Assembly: GCA_964016885.1 (NCBI GenBank)
Contig: OZ024745.1
Location: 55,118,001 to 55,182,000 of the forward strand
Length of the DNA: 64,000 nt
Reading direction: 5' to 3'
Source: Eledone cirrhosa
Taxonomy: Eukaryota
In this document: positions 56,783-64,000 of the stretch, piece by piece
How the letters are laid out: every line of letters begins with the position of its first letter
Numbering within the stretch: position 1 is the stretch's first letter
Program-made: the position numbers and the translations under genes
The notes under the pieces: generated by a model
Told to the model about the DNA's origin: nothing
The model's input: the letters and a program-made list of their open reading frames with translations, nothing else
Databases searched by the model: none

Positions 56783-57300
56783 AGTGCGTGTGTGTGTTAT
56801 GTGATTTGATATCGAATTCTTTAGAAATGGTTACGCGTTCATTTGCTTTTATTAATCACAGTGATTAATGGTTTCTTATATAGGCACTGGCCTTGTGCCT
56901 ATATAAGAAACCATTATTTACTCTCAGGGGGCGAGGGAAGTCGTAATGTAGCTGAACACGAATCTAAATAATACTTTGGTGAAAAGTATATTTTATGGAA
57001 AATCCAGAGGAGACGTTTGTTAAAGAATGAGACTTAAAGTTAGCCGTTTTTTTTAAATGGAAACCACTCACACGAAGAACATATTATTATAGATCTTTAC
57101 GTGCTGACTTTCACTGAATATAGTTTATTTTGTTACACATTAGCATTTATTTTTCGTAATTCACTTGTCTTCTTCTAGTCCCCTTCTTTCCATTAGCTAT
57201 CAGCGTATCTTCATTTCGATCTACGTGTAATCACCTTACATACACATACTTCACATTTTGGTTGCCATTTCTCACATTCCAAAGACAACCACGCATATAA

Positions 57301-57355
<55 letters not shown>

Positions 57356-58625
57356 TGTATTCATATATATTTATGTGTGTGTATGTCTGTTCACACCTGT
57401 ATTGATACTCACCCGCACATACGGTTATATAAATCTAGGTATACTTGTGCACGTGTATATGTGTGTGCGTGCTACGCACATTAATAAACATATATTCCTT
57501 TGATTTTCTAGCTTTATATACGTGGTCTTCCTTATATTCCACCGTCTCATTTGTTTTGATTTCTTCTTTCTTTATATCTCTGTAATAATATTTGCTTCTA
57601 TTTTGTAGTTTTTTTTTCCAGTTCTTTGCTATGCATCTTTTTATGTTTCTTTATTATTTTGCCATGATCTGCTGACACTCCTTTTCTCTCATTTTACATC
57701 CATCATAATCTCCATTGCTCACAGCAGCGAGAGAACCCCTTCTGCTTTCTAAACTAACCATCAACATTGATTTATAGAATATTCTCATGGCTTCTAGCCA
57801 TGGCATAAATACAACTTAGCTATGCAGTGGATTCGTCAGTGCGCTATGGACTCAGCAATAAATCAACTTGAATATCTGAAAAAGCATCTCTAAACATGGA
57901 TGCGAATCTTGACAGTCTCAGTTATATCCTTCTCTCACCCGCGCATTGTTCAGTTCTTTCCCACTGTACCTCTCTCAATCTACCAATCTTTCATTCACTC
58001 CTGCAGTCTCTTTTCCACTCTCCCATATTTATTGCTGTTATGATTGCCGGTTTTGATGTTGATGCTTTTATTTTTATAACATGCCGATTTAGTAATGTTT
58101 GTATTTAGTTATGGTTTATTTATTGTTCAGGGTATGAATGATTATTTTTAGATTTTCTTCAGGCTGTTCCTAAAGCGAATATACGGTTACCATTATTTTC
58201 TATTTTACTGACCATTTTCATTGCTTCTGTCTTTCTCTCTCTCCCCTCTATTCTCTCTTTCTCTCACCCATTTGTGTTTATTCATTTATTAATTAATTTA
58301 TTAGTTCTTCCATTCACAATTTCTTTACTTCGTTTATTACTTCATTTTTTCCGTCTATCATCATCACGTTATATAAAATAACACATTAGATAATGAAGGG
58401 AAGCGTTATAGAGTCATTGTTTTTGTTTTCCAATTGTAATTGTCCTCGTCATACTTATCTTCCTCTTCACCATCAACGTTATTTATATCCAACGAATTGG
58501 TATAATCAACAAAATTATGTCATTCTCCTCGACCCATCGAAATTAGTTTCATTTCAGAATTTGTTATTCTTTCAGTAAGGGATTTCATTTGGCAATCAGG
58601 TAGCTGGTAAAAAAAAAAGAAGTAG

Positions 58626-58700
58626 AAGATGATGATGATGATGATGATGACAACGATGATGATAACGACGATGATTTTGATAATGATGACGATGATGCTA
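58626..58700. repeat. (GAT/GAC)n trinucleotide repeat
   Basis: Direct reading. Confidence 0.9.
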
Positions 58701-59414
58701 AGGATAAGGAGGAGAAGGAAGCGGAACAAGTGAATGAAGTGGAACAGAAGACGGATGAGGTGCTTAATCAGAATTCTGGTGGTGTCGTTAATGATGATGA
58801 ATGTTACGTAAACAATAATATTTTTAATATTAGTAATACTATTTTTAAAAATCATTGACTAAATTCTCATCTGTATCTTCTTAATTCTACTTTATATATT
58901 TGCTCAAATACACACACACACACACCCACACCCACACACAGACAGACACACACACATACACAGACACACATACACATATGTATTTATGTAAACAAAGAAA
59001 GAGAGAGAGGGGAGAGAGACAGAGACAGGGTGGGGTAGTAATATATATAGAATACCTAGAAAAGAGGAGGCTCAATATGTTCACACGTAAATATGTCTGT
59101 AAAAAGAAAATGTATGGATAGGAGTCTGATCTACAATAGTGTCAGCTTGAATATATCATAGTTAATCCCATTTAACTGAAATAGCTGATTATACCAGGAA
59201 ATAAAAAATTTAAAATTTAGACACATGGCCGGTAATTTCGAGCAGTGATACATCGATTAAATCAACCTCTTTACTTGACAGCCACTTTATTTTATCGACC
59301 CCCAGAAGGCTGAAAGGCTAATATATACTTCGTAAAGAATGTAAATACATACGGTAAATATATTTCATCCTATGCTCTACCAATTCTCCTAATTCATCAC
59401 ATTTATTGGTGGAA

Positions 59415-59575
59415 ATAATTGTTTCTACTTTTGGCACAAGGCCAGCAATTACCCAGTACATTACTGGTACTTTATTTTATCGACCCCATAAGGATGAAAG
59501 GCAAAGTTAACCTCAGCAATGGCAAGGGCCGCAACTTTATGCTGGAAAGCATGGTGTCCGATACTGCCAATCCAA
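59415..59575 (-). mobile_element. SINE family A (older copy adjacent at ~59215-59400)
   Basis: GGCACAAGGCCAGCAA...TACTGGTACTTTATTTTATCGACCCCATAAGGATGAAAGGCAAAG. Confidence 0.88.
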
Positions 59576-60363
59576 TAATAAACGCTGCTTCACACAACAG
59601 AGATAAGTATGTTTAAGAAAGTGGTATGCTGGATACCAGAGGGATCATATGCTCTATCCCTTATTCTCAATGTTTACAAATCCGCCACCTATGCGGTTGA
59701 AACCATTATTTTGAGGCTGACCCAGGTTCGTGACATGCTTTGACTGTTCACTGGACAAGGTTACCTCCACCACCACCACCCTGTTTCAAGCCACCTTCCC
59801 TCGTTCCTGTGAAATCGATCGCATGACTGAATTCACTTCGGTGTGCACACGTGTGCCCATGTATGTATATGTATGTAAATGTGGGTGTTTTCGTACGAAT
59901 ATATGTAGGTGTGCCTATAGAATCCACCCACATCTGCATATACACGTACAAAAAAAAAACATTTCAGACATAGACGTGCTTATTCATATTGACACACACA
60001 CACACACAGACGCATACATACACACACACACAAACTTACGCGTACACTCATGCAGACAAAAAAAAAAGACAAAATAGTTTTCAGTCGCAAACGTGTATAC
60101 AGTGGCAGAGTGGGTCTAAAGATACTGGTTGCCAGGAGATGAAAGGGGACCACTTACATATAAAATGCTATCATTTAATTTTTGTAATGAATAAATAACA
60201 TTTTCCAAATAATCATAAGTGGAAACAAGACAGTGCAATCAAATTTTTGCGAAAAAATATCTTATCTTCTCCAATAAAAAAAATATTATGTATTTTGCGA
60301 AATTCAGAGACTTTCAATCATGACCTGTGGTCTTTCACTCTCACTCAATATATATATATATCA

Positions 60364-60901
60364 TCTATATATATAAAAGCGAGGAAGTGTGTGTGTCTGT
60401 GTACAACTTTGGACAGCTAAGGCTTTTACAATTCCCAACCGAATTGGACCAAATTTTCTGTGCACGTTGCAACTCTCCCTAAGACTTTTTCAAATCGACC
60501 CACGTTCAGCAATAACAAATCGATAGCAAAATTATATTTTCTAAAGTGCATGATGTAAGGTAAAAATCAATCAAAACAAAATCCTTATGGGACTTTCCAT
60601 TTAAACCGTCTGCTTTCATTACACCTTTTTGTACTTTAGCAAAACTGTCTGTTTTTTTTTACAGATTTGCAACGTATATTGTCTTTAATCATTTGTATAA
60701 CTACATCCTGTTCAGTGTTTTCCTTCATTATCAGCATAGTTTTACGTGTACAAAGATTGTACGAAATATTCGTTTGCATTAATTATTGAAGACTTCTGCT
60801 TATTTTGACAGGTTGGGGACAAATAATTTTCTTCTTTTGCTCCCTAGCTGTATATTCTTAGCATAATTTCAAACCCCGGGCAACGCCGGGTATATATGCT
60901 A

Positions 60902-60902
<1 letters not shown>
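60364..60902 (+). mobile_element. Non-autonomous Helitron
   Basis: A|TCTATATATATAAAAG start; CCCGGGCAACGCCGGG hairpin then TATATATGCTAG|T end; same terminal motif type as 3406-4903. Confidence 0.9.
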
Positions 60903-60937
<35 letters not shown>

Positions 60938-61057
60938 GACTGCGTGTATATGTGTGCATGTACATGTGTATATATAGATTTATATATGTATAGATAACAT
61001 GTTCTCAACTCGTACAAAAATCCGTAGGGATCTAATTGACATTGTATAAATATATAT

Positions 61058-61097
<40 letters not shown>

Positions 61098-61438
61098 TGT
61101 ATGTATGTGTACTGTTTATTCACAGTAAAGTGATCAGTGAAAAAAAACTTGGTACATCTACATATGTATACGTGTGTGTATTCATATACATACTAGTATT
61201 TCAGTATACATATATGGATGTACATCTTTGACTTAATTGTTTGAGCGTCAGTCATACAAAAGTGAGTTACAAACGAAACGAAATTTAATTTCGTTTCGTT
61301 ATTTGTTTTTATCGTCTCCGTTGAACCGGTACTTACTCACACTCTATGCAGGTTGGTCTGCCCACTACTAATTTTCATAGAAAAAGCATATAGCGATATG
61401 TGCTTTTACGATTCTCTAGAGAGGCCGGAAGATAGGTA

Positions 61439-61483
61439 AATATTGCTGATGAGTTGTAACAACAACGAAACTAGTTCAATATT
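61439..61483 (+). ncRNA. Minimal type I hammerhead ribozyme
   Basis: AATATTG-CTGATGA-GTTGT AACA ACAAC-GAAA-CTAG-TT-CAATATT; 7-bp helix I, palindromic ACTAGT helix III, GUU site. Confidence 0.88.
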
Positions 61484-61909
61484 CCTTGTCTGGCTTTCTG
61501 GAGAATAGAGGAAAGGTGTTTCCTCAAAAACCAGTATGACTCTAAAAACCGGTTTGTCTGTGTGTTTACATACAGAATAGCTGGCCACTCACAGTAAAGT
61601 GATCAGTGAAAAAAAAAACTTGGTACATCTACATATGTATACGTGTGTGTATTCATATACATACTAGTATTTCAGTATACATATATGGATGTACATCTTT
61701 GACTTAATTGTTTGAGCGTCAGTCATACAAAAGTGAGTTACAAACGAAACGAAATTTAATTTCGTTTCGTTATTTGTTTTTATCGTCTCCGTTGAACCGG
61801 TACTTACTCACACTCTATGCAGGTTGGTCTGCCCACTACTAATTTTCATAGAAAAAGCATATAGCGATATGTGCTTTTACGATTCTCTAGAGAGGCCGGA
61901 AGATAGGTA

Positions 61910-61954
61910 AATATTGCTGATGAGTTGTAACAACAACGAAACTAGTTCAATATT
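61910..61954 (+). ncRNA. Minimal type I hammerhead ribozyme (second unit)
   Basis: Identical to 61439-61483, shifted by 471 bp. Confidence 0.88.
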
Positions 61955-62243
61955 CCTTGTCTGGCTTTCTGGAGAATAGAGGAAAGGTGTTTCCTCAAAA
62001 ACCAGTATGACTCTAAAAACCGGTTTGTCTGTGTGTTTACATACAGAATAGCTGGCCACTCACAGTAAAGTGATCAGTGAAAAAAACTTGGTACATCTAC
62101 ATATGTATACGTGTGTGTATTCATATACATACTAGTATTTCAGTATACATATATGGATGTACATCTTTGACTTAATTGTTTGAGCGTCAGTCATACAAAA
62201 GTGAGTTACAAACGAAACGAAATTTAATTTCGTTTCGTTATTT

Positions 62244-62520
<277 letters not shown>

Positions 62521-64000
62521 TATGTGTTTATGAGAGTGTATACATATTACAAGTGAGATAGAGAAAGAGAAAGCTATTCTAAGAGGTATTGGAACTTATT
62601 TAAATCACATATTCTCTAATGCATCGTTATATATGCAATAATATATGTACATATAACAAAGACAAATAATCAGACCCTGGCGTGTTTATAAGATAATTTC
62701 GATAATCTTTTGAAGCAAGAATCATATATATTTTATCCCATTTTCATACTTTTACAAATTTATTGGCTTTTACCGAAATGTGAATTTAATATTTCATTGC
62801 GAATACAGCATATTAAATGTAACACTTAATGAAGCATGGTAGAACATACCTCATGCCTTCAATATCCTTAGGAACGAAAAGATCACATTCTTTTATCCCT
62901 ATAAAACGTTTGCGAATATGTAAGAAATCAATATTCATTATCTATGCATGCAAAATTTGTTTCCAATGGATGAATATGATTGTAATAATCGCACCATCGT
63001 AAATGGAATTAATGCTGATCAGAATTTGGATGTGCGTACGTTAGTTACTCTCTATGTTCAGAAGAAATTGTCGATGTTGAGAGAAATATTTAGAAATATG
63101 TGTACAATTACGATACTATATTCACGACGGAAATCTGAAACTAATAACCATGACTGCAGTTGTCAAAATGTCCAGAAATTGATACTCGTTTATATATGTA
63201 TAACTCAAGTGATTTCATTCTCTTCAAAATAATATAACGACCAACGGTGTCGTTGATGTGCGGCTGAATGCGGAGTCCCAGATTAATTACATTACTGTAT
63301 AGTGTATTTAGTTTCCTCTCTCTATCATCGCAGTTGAATTGGCATGACTGTTGAGCTTTCGTTTTCTCTTCTCTTCAGGTCGATATCATAAGAACAATAA
63401 TGTACTGGCATAAAAACAGTAATCTTTATTGCATCCTCATTCAAATCTGGCAAATTGCCTGCAGGAAAAAATGAATACAATAACGATTTTCAAAGTGGCT
63501 TTCTTGGCAAAATCTGTAGAGCGCCTTACTGAAAACCTATAATTCCTAGAAATTCACTTTTAAAATGTGTTTACACCCATAATGCCTTTCACAATACTTT
63601 TATCATTACTATACATATATATATATATTGATTCAACTGACTCCCTTTCTCTGGCACGATTCTTGACCGATGGCAGTGAATTAAAATTTATTTTCAGTAT
63701 TATATATCATGAGTATTTAATAACTTAGTAAAATTAAGATATGTGGAGCAGAAAATATTTTGCTGTGTTAAGTCCAAGTTTATTCGTGTTAAATTAAACA
63801 TGAATTTTGTCATGAGATATTTTAAACAAATTTCCTGAGCTGGTTTTTAAGATCGTTTACTGGAGGTATATATCAGTAAATATAACCATAGGGCTAGCGT
63901 TATCAGCAATTAATTTTAAGAATTACTAAAGCGATCCATTAGATATTGTAATTTACTTTTGTTTAGGAATTTTAAGTTTTAGTGTATACGATATCCATTA

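Larger units (their letters stand above)
61120..62247 (+). repeat. Head-to-tail tandem repeat, 471-bp unit x ~2.4, one hammerhead per unit (retrozyme-like)
   Basis: CACAGTAAAGTGATCAGTG at 61121, 61590 and 62061; units identical except poly-A length; flanked by (TA)n. Confidence 0.95.

Noticed and set aside
61406-62059. Duplicated 60-aa minus-strand ORF in the 471-bp unit
   Set aside because: GTG start, no recognisable domain; duplication simply follows the repeat.
63325-63459. Possible minus-strand terminal exon after TTTTTTCCTGCAG
   Set aside because: Only an acceptor and a 44-codon frame with no recognisable homology.

Overview
AT-rich eukaryotic intergenic/intronic DNA with many microsatellites, most likely from an octopod cephalopod (inferred from a dominant tRNA-derived SINE recalled as the abundant Octopus SINE). 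No host protein-coding gene can be supported. The window is a mosaic of SINEs, decayed LINEs (R4/Dong-like, RTE, L1/Tx1, I/Jockey-like), two non-autonomous Helitrons, a foldback/MITE-like element and Penelope-like elements (PLEs): two large convergent copies plus a GIY-YIG fragment. The main hidden signal, read by eye, is a high density of type I hammerhead ribozyme (HHR) motifs: 12 recognisable cores and about 4 decayed ones from roughly nine sequence families. They occur in head-to-tail 471-bp and 482-bp arrays, a 659-bp terminally redundant unit, inverted repeats, a PLE tail and a TIR element, almost always next to (TA)n. This looks like a diverse set of non-autonomous, retrozyme-like elements probably mobilised by PLEs. 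All folds were derived manually and none is experimentally tested.
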